64,000 nt of DNA from Marsupella aquatica (taxonomy: Eukaryota > Plantae > Marchantiophyta), in assembly GCA_973895155.1 (NCBI GenBank), contig OZ316893.1, positions 13,718,359-13,782,358 of the forward strand, written 5' to 3'. Positions 25,601 through 38,719 of the stretch are shown here, piece by piece. The notes beneath the pieces are model-generated. The model saw only the letters and a program-made list of their open reading frames with translations. It had not been told where the DNA came from and made no database searches. How positions within the stretch are numbered: position 1 is the first letter of the stretch; every line of letters begins with the position of its first letter. The position numbers and the translations under genes are program-made.

Positions 25601-27439
25601 GCAGTTAGTACAACCCTGGAGACGTTGATCACATCTACGGAAGAGGAGGGGGGGTGAGGGGGGAGGGGGGGGGGAGGTGGGGGGAGGCGGTCGGCGCGGG
25701 GTTGAAGGGGCGTTATACCTGAAGGGACTACCCTAGAGCAATCCCGCTGAATGCAAAAAACAAATATGAATTTGTGGATTTTGGGAGAGGGGAGAAAATT
25801 AATTGTTGCAGTGCAAAAAAAAACATATGAATGTGCGGATTTTGGAAGAGGGGAAACAAAAATTTGTTGCGGGGAAGGGCAGCCCATGTCCAGGCAGGTT
25901 CCACTTGGCCGGGAGGGATGGGAGAGGGCATCATTTTGCAGTTTGGGCGTCTTCCTTTTCTAACTCACTTACTCTTGGTTATAAGCACCGCCTGCTGCAA
26001 AAGAACCTTGCGACCCACCAAGAAAGTGCAAACTTGCGTTCACCGAGCTGGTTTTTGTCACAGGCTCTCCTCCAATGAACGGTAAGAAATTCACCTCAGT
26101 CCTTACTTCAATTCGTGACCTTTAGCCAGTTCTAAATGGGTTTCTTTAGATCAGGAAAAAAAAAAAAAACCAGATATTTCTGAGAGACATCTAACTAAAA
26201 AACCAGGATGTAAAGCCACATTTCAGGGGCTGTCTAAAGTGAATATGAGAGTGACTTTGGGGGTGAAGCCAGAGTTGAGGGTGAGGAGTGAATAAACACA
26301 GCACAGGCCTCACCCTACTTAGAGTCCTGGTAGTTGTATATCAAAATATGTCAATATAAAGTGTACTATGTCACTCCATATCATAATAAACTCAAATATT
26401 TGATCTAAATCACTATGTTATTTTAAATAGGTCTCTTGCTGTTGGCTATAATTGTGCAATTACCAGGACACGTATACTTATACTTATGTCCATAAATCGG
26501 GTGGTCTGGCTAGTGTTACCAAAGAAACATGGGTAAACATGGGTAGGAGTAGCCAACTTCCCTACTTCCTAGATTTGCCAAACAAAAAAATTGGGTTGGC
26601 CTGGGCATTTGTTCCAGCTATTCTCTGTGGCAAAAATTAGCTAGATTCCACCTCTCTAAAAAATCCAGAGCCACTTTTGCCAAAAATTCCGTAGGCCTTT
26701 TGTCGTTTATTAGCCCCTTTCCCACCCAGCCAAGGTTTTAAGGTTATCCTATATCTAGGGAGATCTGACTTCAATAATTAACCTAGGGAAATTAGATGAG
26801 CAATATTCTCAGCATTTTGTACTTCACTTCACACAGCTCACAAGGTGACATTCGCCATCGTGACCCCCCCAAAAAAACACCTTGAAAATGAAGCCTGTTT
26901 GTTTTCGCCCCCCGGCTGACCTCCATGTGGCAAACACCTACTCCAAGCGGTTTTGGGGCGGGCTATGACAGAGGATAGGGGTCAGGATCCAAGAGGGTTT
27001 AACACGGGCATCTGCGTGAAACGTTTTTCGTTGCCCGCCTATTCTTGCCGTCATAAGTTTTCTCGAGTCGACTTTTTCCTGAGATCCCAACGAGATTCCG
27101 TGAAGGGCAGCCACCTCAAAACTGCCCTGCCCGGCCCTGCCCCGAGCCTGCCCCAGCCTGCCCAGGACATCGTGTCCGGATATGTTTCCGCCTCCTTCCT
27201 TGTACGGTCCGCGCTGAAAGGGCAACAGGTGGTGAGCAGTATCCGTTTCCGGTATCGACGGCCGGCATTAGCCTTCAGACATCCGGACGTGGACTTAATT
27301 GACCTTCTCGTCCCGACCGTGGACCCTCCTATAGATGGCTTGTACGGTCATCGCTCGCACTCTCGCTCTCGATTTGTGTCCGTTTGCTTTAGCTATTTCG
27401 TCTTTTTCGTCTTACTAGAAATCCAGTTTGCTTCTGTGT

Positions 27440-27890
27440 CTCTGTCATTCGAAATTCTCAGCGAGATGAAAGTGGACCGTTTTAATCTCTCGTTTGCTGA
27501 GCCGCTGCTCTCTCTCATTAGAAACTCTCATCGAGATGGAAGTAGATCTTTAGATCTCTCCTTTGTTGAACAAGTGATCAGAAATTCTCAGCGAAATGGA
27601 AGTAGATCTTGTTTATCTCTCCTTTGTTGAACCACTGCTCTATCTCTCTCTCGGGCGAGATGGAAGTGACCTCTCCTTTCTTGAACCACTGCTCTGTCTC
27701 TCATTAGAAATTCTCAGTGGGATGGAAGTAAATCTCATCTGCTTCTTGGTGGGTTTTTCTTGTTGGTTTAATGATAGATACGGCGATGCTCCCCAGTCCC
27801 TAACGTCTCTAGAAATTCTAAGTGAGATGAAAGGAAGTCTCACCTACTTCTTGGTGGGTTTTTCTTTGGCGATGCTCCCCAGTCCCCAAC
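27440..27890. repeat. Degenerate tandem repeats (~60-70 bp; core gaaattctcagcgagatggaagt...ctctcctttgttgaa)
   Basis: The core recurs at ~27451, 27521, 27581, 27707 and 27812. Confidence 0.7.
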
Positions 27891-29106
27891 TTCGGTGAGT
27901 TTGCCTTGCCTTTCCACCTTTGAATGGACATTGAAATACCTATTTCACATCTCAAGGAAGAGTGTAACGTTCATCTCTTTGTAACGACATTGATGCCTTA
28001 TGTGCTAGTCGCTCTGTTTTGTTCACGTGCGACCTTTCGAGGCTCACAACATGATCCGGTTCTGGGAGGCTCTTGTGGTCCTTCGACGGCAGCCATACAC
28101 CCATGATACACCCACCAGGTTTAAGATCTGGCCACCTCTACGCAGACACGAGACATGTCAAGTTACCTTCCGGGACCAACGGAAGTGTCTGGAAGTTCAA
28201 TCTGGAGGTGGTCGAATCTGTATTTCGGGTCGGGTTGGAACTCAATACCAACTTGTGGCGTTCTGCTTCTGGTTTTGGGGCAAGAAGCCTGGACATGTGA
28301 CACAGAAATCAGCCCAATCATGAAACCTTTTAATACAATACTGACGAGCTGTCGGACGCAATAAGAAACTGCACTACCAATTGCAAAATTTACTGTATGA
28401 ATTGAAAAAGCATCTTTCCACTCATAGGATCCAACTTCAATATCGTGCAGTCTATGTCCGCAAAAGCCCAGAACAGGATTTGCATACATATCTCGCTAGA
28501 AGTATCCTATCCAGAAGTTAACTGCATACAATTAGAGTAATTGACATCCCATCCGTAGTCTTATGACACACTTTTGTGGGTAGCATCCATGTCGTTGTTG
28601 AGACAGCCAGAATTCATGGACCCATGTTCTTATGATGTGGACATCGAGCGATGGATAGACTTTTAATATAATTTTGCGTTCTGAACCCTACATTGCGCAA
28701 GTTTTTGGAGGAGATACAGAGTTTCAAGGCAAAATACGAGCTGCTAAAAGCCTATCACAATGTCCGGTCCAGGAGAGAAGTTATAAGCTTGAGGGAGAAA
28801 ATAGGGTAGTACTTGTAAGAGAATTAACGAGTTAAATTAGCAAGTTAGTCCCCACCATCAAATAAACTAGGAATAGGATAGGAATTCCTGCCTGCTGTGG
28901 TTCAAATCATTCTAAACTGGTGGACAGAGCCCTCATTTGACAAACTCAAATCACATAAAGCTCGGATTTAGCTCCATCGTGTTCGTAACATGCACATCAG
29001 TTGTAGACAAACAATCCAGAGGAACCATATTAAGAAACTTAACACTACATCTAGAATGAAGAGCTCAATGGAACTCCCATGATAAACTTCACAAGAATGG
29101 GTTCTT

Positions 29107-31682
29107 TTAATCACAAGGAGTGCGTACTACAGGCATGTTACACGCTGGTAGATCATAGTCAGGAACGCAAGTTCCCAGTTTGCGCCAATCCTGATCATAC
29201 AATTCAGAGAGAGACATTGCTCGACTGTACCAGTCACGTTCATATTCATCAAAATCAAGGCCTACGGCACAGCCATTCCGAAGTCCATTTATGAAGGAAG
29301 AGAGAAGTAATATTCCGGACAAATCATGGAAATACGGGGACTACAAATGTTCTTATCCAAGATGAATCTTCATGAACACAACGCACTACCCAGTCAACGT
29401 ACTATTGACTTCAGTGACAGCGAAGGGAGCTTACCTGCACTCCATCGCATCAGCTCCAAATCTGGAATGTCCGACTCCGATGCGCTGGTAGAATCAACTA
29501 CATTGACTGCTGCTGTGACGCAAGTAATTAAATGAGAATGCACGAATTTGCCAGCAAGGAAGGTAAGTAAACTTCTTCTGAAAAACGTATACCAATAAAA
29601 AACTTCTATTGCCTTTCTCAGCTGACATGTCGTAAAACATGGAAGCATGCTAGCAAGCTATTAGTACCCACCAGAGGGTTTGTCAAATCCAGCAGCACGA
29701 CCTTCAGCGTACCTGTCATTGTCATTACATCCTTGCTAAGCCGAGGTGCACGATTTAAGTCATGTGCTGTAAACTGCATGATCTTGGAAGGAATATGAAT
29801 CAACAGAAATGGCTAAAGTACCTTCAGTCTGATGATCTCCAGCGAGTCTAAATGGTGAGGTTGGTTAAAACTGGAGGTCTTGAGAGCATTTTAACTAAAG
29901 AGCTGGGAACAGAGTAGAACGGGGGTAAGAATCTCCGAGAAAAGCAAAACAAGAGATCTCACAATTTCTTTAGCCACGCTCGTTTCCTCTTCTTCAAGGC
30001 CACTAATTTCAATATTCGGCGTTCCTCTGGAGAATTGGAGAAAAAACCCCTGGTATCAAAAAACACGTCACTCTCGATACATACGCTCTACATCTTAGCG
30101 GACTATATCCAGCCATCCAGGGGGACGAATCATATCTACAGAAGCGCTTCAATCTCACCCAAAATTTGGAACTCGCAGAACAGCTTTAGGGCCAGTTTGT
30201 TCTGCAGGTGTGCCAATCACAGGTCGCCATCCATTGTTTTCGCAGCGAAAATATGCATTTGCTGCTGCCACTCCAACCAGGTAATAAACACGCTGAATTG
30301 CATAAGGACCGTCTCACTTTGTCTAACGACTAATCCTCCCTCTCAAGGGTATCTCCCTGGATATGACTCCATGCAGTTGTGAGGCTTATCATTATTCAAG
30401 CCATATAGTAAACTATGAACAGCACTACTGTCAAAGCATGATTGACTACATTTTGACCGAATCTCCATTAATTAATCCTTTCAGATAATCAGCTCGCCAT
30501 ATAATCTAAGGCAGATCGCTAAGCGGAATAGAGTTTACGATTCTCTGTGTTTTGTGTGTAATTCCTTGGGCTGAAGGAACCCATATCCACCACCGGTCTG
30601 TGCGTGTAAACCTTGTAAACAACCTGAAACCATACACGCACAGAATGGACGAAATCCAGGAATCCTCATGAGCTGTAATAGTAATTATCTCTTCCATGCA
30701 AGAGGAAGACTGTTAAACTGTTTAACAAATTCAAAACGCACAACCCGTGAGAGTAATACTTATGTACATCAACCAACGAATTGCACTACTGTACTGTCAC
30801 CTTCCTTCATCGACATTGTGACGGAAGTATTTCTGAATGATCAAATCACCAGTGATGTAAACTTCTATTTCCATAGTCATTGAACAGAAAGTTTTATTTG
30901 CGGACTCATCGCTAGCCATAGGAGTGGCTTACTGTTGGAGGAAAAGACAAGCCACTAAGGCGAAACCGCACATGTAATCCAGTTGCTTTGTCAACAAGCG
31001 TAGCCTGGTGTCAAAACGTACGAATCAGCCTGTTATACGTACTATGGATGAATGTTAGCAATACTTGCTATATCATAATGCAAAGCCTACAAAAGCATGA
31101 ACCTGACGGGCCAAATGATAGAGAAAAGTCTGCACTTCCACTTATTAATGCCTCAGATGGTCAAGTACCAACGGGCTAGACTTGAATTTGATACGTTGTT
31201 TGAGCTCTAGATTGGGTGCGCATCACTCATATCAGTATCAACAAGAATTGCACTTTGACAACAGACATGGGCAGGGCATGAACACATGAGGATGTAACAG
31301 AGTCAACAGGAGGTCAGAGAACAAGATGTCATGAAAATGCAACCTCACTTCGATTGATTCGCAGAAGTGTTGTTTTTGGACCTTCTTGCTCGTAACGGTG
31401 AATGAGATTCCGAACGTGCTTAAAAGCTAATTTGTCCTGCACTTGACCAGTAAGGTAATGATTTCCACAATGTACATAAGACCTGGTCCAAGTCCAGACC
31501 TCTGCATAGACGTCCTTTGGAAACAGAAGGACAAACTGGACGATTCAAGGTAATGTTATCAATAAACGAATGTGTACCAGATACAAGCGCCAGCAACGTT
31601 GTATTTGAACTATTGGAGTTATCTCGTAGGTTTTCCTAGTTACTGCCAAGTACAAAGATTCTCCATCGTCTATCTCCATCAT
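29107..31682 (-). CDS. C11orf65/MFI-like IQ-motif protein, 10 exons, 296 aa
   Basis: Phase-consistent exons 31682-31578 (IVQIQRCWRLYL, IQ-like), 31436-31344, 31004-30933 (LHVRFRLSGLSFPP), 30623-30539 (YKVYTHRPVVDMGSFSPRNYT), 30264-30159 (YFRCENNGWRPV), 30049-29963 (KKRKRAWLKK), 29870-29822, 29773-29713, 29512-29435 (ELMRWSA), 29261-29107 (LDFDEYERDW). These motifs follow the order recalled for the C11orf65 family. Total 891 nt with no internal stop. Confidence 0.8.
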
Positions 31683-32336
31683 AGAAGTATCCAGCAGAAA
31701 CAATTATCACGCTGCAACTCCAAGTCTCAGGGGTACTTTACTGTAGTGATTCTCCCTGAAACAGACGCCAGTACGCACTATATGTTCACAGTACAAAGAC
31801 TCGAAATGATTGCTGAAGACGATCAATCAGTCACTCAGTAAAATACCCAAGTATGCCAATATCGATGCAATTATAATTATATTATTACACAACATAGCAT
31901 CGACATCATATTGCAGCTACTGATGTCATTTCTATAACCTGCTTTAGGAATGGCATATTTCTGGTCTATTAGGTGCTGCCTAATTGATTCCCCATCTTAA
32001 ATGTTACAAGTTTCTCCAGATGAAGCAAGGAACTTTAAAGGTCACCTAGGGGGCAATCCAAGTCCATCCACCTGTTTTCGACCAAAAACTGAAGTGCTGT
32101 ATTCTTTCCCCGTGCATTTTCCGGAAAGGTGCCTGGAACACAATGCTGCTAATAGCCAGTGATTGCAAAATGTGTCTGAGATCTGAAAACTTGCATACAA
32201 AGGACTCTCGTGCACCGAAGAATCCTACAAACTCCCTGTACAAACATTAGACTGCACTGACGCTCACTGTGAGCACGATCGAAAGAAGAAAGCACAGAAG
32301 TCTTACCAAAAGTTTTCAATTGTTCTGACTCAAATA

Positions 32337-34047
32337 CTACAACCCACTAGCTTCTCTTGAAAACATTCTCGGAAATCCCTGTTCAAAACCTGGCCCTAGC
32401 AGCAAAGCATTGACTTCAATTATTGGGATGTCTGAATACGGATCAATACTTTGACATTCTTCTTCATCCAAGGGACTAGACAGAACTAACTTCTGGCTAG
32501 GCCTGGTGTGATCATCTGCAATTCAAAGAATCACATCATTGAATATCAGTATATGAGTATTTCCATCAAACAGTTGCAGCAAATTGTGTCATGTTCCACA
32601 GAGACATCAGAGACATATGGAATTGTAATTCAAAGTTATTTTACATGCAAACTGAGCTCCAAACTGCACTCTTTAGTCCAGAGAGCGAAGTATTATATTC
32701 ACATTACATTCAAATGATTGAAAGCATTCCCTGACGAAAGGTATCATACACCAACTGACCTTGGAATTGGACTAACAATTACAGTTTGCATATTTTTGCC
32801 CACATGGTCTAGGATTTTCCCTCGGTCAAGGAACGTGCAACCGGTTCAATTTGATCCTAGCTCAACTGATTTACTCCGTATCTTCGTGAGACTTCTAGAT
32901 TGCACCATAGTTACACAAATAAAAACAATTCTTGACCTTACAGGGAGGGCGATATGAAGGGGCCCTTACCACAGAGAGCATACAGCGACTGAGGCGGAGG
33001 AGTGCTTATGAAGTTCAAGCTAGTGTAAAGAGCTAAAATGAAAACGACCGTCATCATTAGATAAGTTGGTATGGCTACAGCCCAATATCTGCAGACATTC
33101 AGAAATTGTAGTCATCAAGATTAGAGAAGTAATTTTCACGAGAGATAAGACTTGCAATATATTCTTTTTTACATGACCAAAGAGCCGGACGAGCTAACAA
33201 ACTCTTGATATTAAGTAGAACAAACAGTGTAGCAAGACTTCTTCTCTGTTATAATTTTCTTTTATTTCATGTGGATGCGTCGTACATTCTCGACTCCATC
33301 TATTGCCCTAGTACGAACGGACGAACCCACCCATACTGAAAAATCGGTTGGGTGAAGAGATTCCATGCTTCAATTGACATAATCTTTACCATAACCAACC
33401 GATTGCCTACGTAATTCGCAACACCAAAAAAGCAGTTGAAAAAGTTTGTAAGAAGCTTACCGGCTGGGGTAATATGTGATTCCCAGGGCATGAAGCCATG
33501 ATTCAGGTACATACGCCCAGAAAATATATACAGCTGAAAGACGTATCCAATGTTATAAATTCAGTACCTCTCCGTGTGAGACGATGACAACAACATAGAA
33601 AACAATCACTTTGCAATAATCTTCCAGTGGAGGCTGCACTTTGCAGTTACCATGAGATTCGTAAAGTCACCATGTTTCTCATCCAAGGTTTTAGTTCCTC
33701 ACAGTTAAGTCAGAAGTACGGACAACAAGGCAGTCGTAGTTGGGGACGATGACTAATTCAAAACGGTTCAAGGTAACCCCAGCTTTGAAAAGAACTTGCA
33801 GGTACCAATGGCAAGACATGAGAGCTAGAGCTAGGGCTAGGGGAGTGTAAAGCCAGGAATCTGACGAAGAAACATGGAATTACTGATTACGACAAGAGAC
33901 AAAGAAATTACCGAATGCCACAAGAGAACCGATCGACCCAGCAAATCCATAAACTTCAAATGGCTTCGCACCATCAACTGGCTTGCCTAAGCGTAGGGAA
34001 ATTGTTGGACCATCTTTATGTTTCCTCTTGACGGAGAGAGTTCGCAT
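32337..34047 (-). CDS. PIG-P: Phosphatidylinositol N-acetylglucosaminyltransferase subunit P (GPI-anchor biosynthesis), 4 exons, 168 aa
   Basis: Exons 34047-33912 (GAKPFEVYGFAGS), 33533-33461 (FWAYVPESWLHALGITYYPSR), 33088-32970 (YWAVAIPTYL...LNFISTPPP), 32515-32337 (IDPYSDIPIIEVN...TAG). Total 507 nt, all introns GT-AG. Confidence 0.93.
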
Positions 34048-37000
34048 AACTGCAGAACCCTGCTCAGTTCTCCCCTACGAACAAATAGCTAAACGACGTC
34101 CCCATTTCCGTGCATATGCAAATTCTGCCTGCATTCCCTTAATTCACACGACGCTCAGTCAGCAGAAGCTTAGAAGGAGAGCTCCACCTGAGAAGTGATC
34201 AAAAACAACACAAAATTTCTCCCAACAGTTGATTTGCCCAGCAGGAAAAGGAAAATGAATGTAAACTTAATTTTCAAAAGTGAGGTACTGCTTTCTAGTG
34301 GCGAGATGGCGAACGAAAGAAAGACCAACTGTCTCACGCACTCTACACATTTTCCCTTAACTCCATTGTTGTGCGAACAGTCTCCGGGACATTGCCAAGA
34401 CAAACCCTGGTCTTCAGAATTGGACAAACCAACATCACCAGAAGTATATCATTGCGCTGATGTAGGTGCAGACACGCACCACTCCTCTATCGAACATCAT
34501 GCGAGGTCAAACTCCAACACTGACAAATTAAACTATTTCAACCTAAGTTCATGACCAGGCAACAGGATTTTGAAACAATTTTAGGCCCGCGTTATTTCAA
34601 CACTCGGTGTCCATTGCTCCTGTGCAATGGACCCTTGGAACCCTTCATATTGAGGTACGGTATAATGGAGTTGAGCTCACTTAGCTCATTCCTATGAGCA
34701 ATTTCGTTACTAAGGTGAGCCTACTACAAGGTATACGATCCGAAAGTCTGTCTGAAATTCTGCCTCTAAAACAGGTCGTTATCTAGTCAAGAGATGAAGG
34801 CTCTTTTGGCATTACCGGACCATTGGAAAGCGAAATAAGTCTCAAGCCCTCAAGCAGTACAAACAGCTACTGTAGAAGCCTTACGAAAAGGTTGCAAGTT
34901 TCTAGGGTGCTCACACCATTTGTCAACCTACAAGACCCTACGCTGCCATCAATTGTCACAGACTGGGTCAGAGAGATCATCTCCGCATTTTGTCCCAGTT
35001 CCGTCAATCTCTTGCGTGAATGATTGTTTCAAGTCGAAGGAATCCTCACAAAGTGGCCTTTGAATCCCGCAAAGAAATTGAGCAGACTAAACAAGAAGCG
35101 AGCGAATGCAAGAAGAATTGCAGTCTACCAATGTGAAAATCCACCAATTTTGCGGTGGTGGCAACGACTAAACAATTCAAAGCAGCGCTTCCCAAGACCA
35201 ATTGAAATGAAATTAAACCGAAGTAAACAAACGTTTTGAATCGCAAGTCGCATGTATTGAGGTCCCAGCTTCATTACAAGCTATCCAAGTAATATGAAAG
35301 GCATGACTCACATTTCCCCAAACCACAAACTCGATGAGGGTAGGGGTAGTCCTTGAGAAGAAGTCTCGACAGTAATAGTCTGCAGCCAAAAGCTTGAAGC
35401 CCATGTGATGGTAGTATACTGAACCATAGTATACTGAACCACTGAAGGAATGTGTAACAAAACTTGGGGAAGCAAGATCTGATACGATATGCCTCCAGTA
35501 TTACGCATTTGGTCGTTCACACCGAGCCTTTTTTCTCGGTTAGGTCACGTCGTCTGATACACCAAGAGCTGCATTTCTTTTCTCATTTTGGGAAAAGAGT
35601 GTGAGTGGCCACTTCTATTTTTTATTTCAGTTTTTAACTACACTAGTCTAATTATCATGTCCTGTGATTATCCTTTCCTTGAACTCAAATAGGGTCCTTG
35701 AAAGTAAAAAACCATGAAGACAAAAAGAAGAAGAATTATTTGCTATTTTTCTTTCATCTTTGGCTTGTCTTTGTTTTTTTCCACCTTCACTTTCAGTTTT
35801 GTCTTTGTTCCTATTGATTTTATTTTATTTTTATTTTAAGGGGAATCTGTGAAACCCTACATAAATGGATCACTCAATCACAACTTTTGAGCCCAAGACT
35901 TATGAGTCACTACTCAAGTGAGCTACCATAGAACCATGCCTCTATGGGCTCAGTTTTGTCTTTGTTGAGAGTTATTGTGTGAAGACTTCACTGGACCCAC
36001 AGCCCTTGAAATAATTTTGTGTATAGCGCTTTATTAGTAAGACTGTCCTAAAGTTATTTCAATTCACAATACTGTCACTTTTATTAGTGATTACCCTTGT
36101 TATGTTGGTGAACTTGTGTTCCATATGCAAAACCATGACATATTTGTAGACAAATTTTTAATTGGAACATTTTTAGTGGCAAAGTAGTCAAAAGCTACGA
36201 GTGGCCACATCTCTTCTGCCCTGGGAAATACTATAGTTTCATGTCATGAATTTTTTTAAGCACTAGCCTGAATGTCTGCCTGAGGCAGTTGTTTTCTATA
36301 TAATCTCTCTTTGGGACCCTCTTATACAGTTTACTCCAAAGCTCTGCCAAGCTTTTCAGTTTGTGGCTCAAGCGAGCTTTAGTTCCTCGGTGTCATTTGG
36401 TCTCTTGAGATTGTTGGCTCATGGGTTTCCCTTGTTCTTTCTCTTATTTTCCCCTTTTTATTGGGATTTTTGCCTTGGGGATCCTTTCTCCTGGTAAGAT
36501 CTTGGTTGTTCTTTTAAGTTGATTTACAGACTTTTGAGCTATGCTTACCGATAGATGGTAAGTACCAACCATTCCCATTTAATTTCACCCAGTTCCTACC
36601 CCAGCCATACCTGTGCTCTAGAAATGTCCCTGAGTCACAATCTACAGTCTTCAGTCTAGACAGGAAACTCTTATCCTAGCTTTAGATTACATTTTATCAG
36701 ATAGATTTTCTACAGAACAAAGGACAATGAGTGGCCATTTCTCTCTGCCCTGGGAAGTAGTTTGTCATGAAAGTTTTCAGCATGCATGTGAATCATTTGA
36801 TTTCCATAATATCAAATGCATGCATGAGAATCATTAGTCCTAGGGTTAACCCTCTTTCTAGCTAGATAAAGCTGACAAATGGGAGAAGGTTTCATTGGTG
36901 CACACTATGATGCAAAAGAGAGGTGTTGGGAAGGAGCCAGGGCATGGCTGGATTGAATTTGGTAACAAGATCCATGAATTCTTTTGTACACCTCACCCAG

Positions 37001-37652
37001 AAACAGAGACACATACTGAGCTCAATAAAACATCTGAGGCTGGATTGAATTAAGACCCATGAATTTCTACATCTCACCCAGAAACAAACGCGGTGCATGC
37101 TGAGCTAAAAGAGTTGACTGAAAAACTGTAGCAAATGAGCAATCTAAAGAGGAAGTAAAATATGAATAACAAACTCAGATTTTGCCCAAGATTCTTGAAA
37201 TTTAAAGGGCCAATAGTTTAAAGTTTAAAGTCAGATCAACCCCAATCTTGGAAATTAAAGGACTCATATATTTGAGTTTTGATATAACACTGCCCTTAAG
37301 CTTATATTTGGGGGAGGATGAATTAGTGTAAGGAAGAAGGTGTATCCAGTTTGCCATGCAGTAACACAGTATCTAAGGTGGCAGGACGTGAGATTATAGG
37401 AAGGGATCATAAGAGGGGAGCTTGTCCCATTTGACTGAGCTCTTCCAAACCGTAGAAAATCTGAGTGTAAACTTGCCTTATTCCTTAGCTGATGTGGACT
37501 CCACATACATGACTCAAACAATTGGGTATCAATATCCTTAGTTATTATTAAATCCTAGTGTAAACTCACCTTATTCCTGAGCTTATGTGGACTCCATAGA
37601 CATGCCTCAAACAATTGCCAAGGTATCAACATCCTTATCTATTATTTCATTG

Positions 37653-38718
37653 TGGACCCCCATTAGGGGTCCTTTCCAAAATTCTTGGCTTCACAGTGTG
37701 CCACATCATCATGGCATATTGCAAACAAGTAGAGACTTGTTTTTGGATAGAATTAACTTATGCATTCGTGTTTGTGACAACTTTGCTGTAAAAACTGGGA
37801 CGCAATGCCGTAAAAAAGAATGTAAAAAAAACTGACAAGCAAATCAAAAGACAAAAAGGTAAAATTGCCCCCAGTAACGGTTTTATTTACATTTTGATTT
37901 TATTCAAAACATAAAATTTTCTTGGCAATAATTTTTTATTTGATATTGTTGAGTCAGATCATAATGAAAACTCATGTATAATATGGCGTTGGAAAGATCT
38001 TGAAAAGATGGTCCTAATGAGCTCAACATTGTCACCATTCGATAAGAATTGAGTAAGTAATTTGAAAAATAAAATTTACCCGTGATTTTATAATCTCTAA
38101 CGTGAATAGAAATCTTTGTCGTAAACCCCTTGAATGTTGACCCCTTCCATGAGAATGAACCTAAAATTGACATATTTATGGACCCCCATTAGGGGTCCTT
38201 TGCAAAATTCTTGGCTCCACAACATGCCACATCATCATGGCATGCCGCAAACAGGAAGAGACTTGTTTTTGGATTAAATTAACTTATGCATTCGTGTTTG
38301 TGGCAAGTTCTCTATAAAAATCGGGACGCCATGCCGTAAAAAGTAAAGAATGTAAAAAACATTGACATGCAAATCAAAAGACAAAAAGATTGAGGTAAAA
38401 CTGCTCCCAATAACTGTTTTATTTATATTTTGATTTTATTCAAAACATAAAATTTTCTCAGTAGCAATTTTTGATTGGACATTGTTGAGTCAAATCATAA
38501 TGAAAACTCACGTATATAATATTGCTTTAGAAAGATCTTGAAGAGAGGGTCATGATGAGCTCAGCATTGTCATCATTCTGTAAGAATTGAGTAAATAATT
38601 TAAAAATTAAATTTTACCCATGATTTCATAATCTCTAACGTGAATAGAAATCTTTGTTGTACAGCCCCTTAAATGTTAACCCCCTCCATGAGAATGAACC
38701 TAAAATTGACATATTTTA
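37653..38718. repeat. Tandem duplication of a ~530-bp AT-rich unit, each copy starting with the palindrome ggacccc-catta-ggggtcc
   Basis: Copies at ~37653-38178 and ~38180-38718 share the start and the end (...gagaatgaacctaaaattgacatattt). Confidence 0.9.
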
Positions 38719-38719
38719 T

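Noticed and set aside
34560-35560. Possible gene upstream of PIG-P
   Set aside because: Only short ORFs and scattered donor-like sites; no phase-consistent model or motif could be built.
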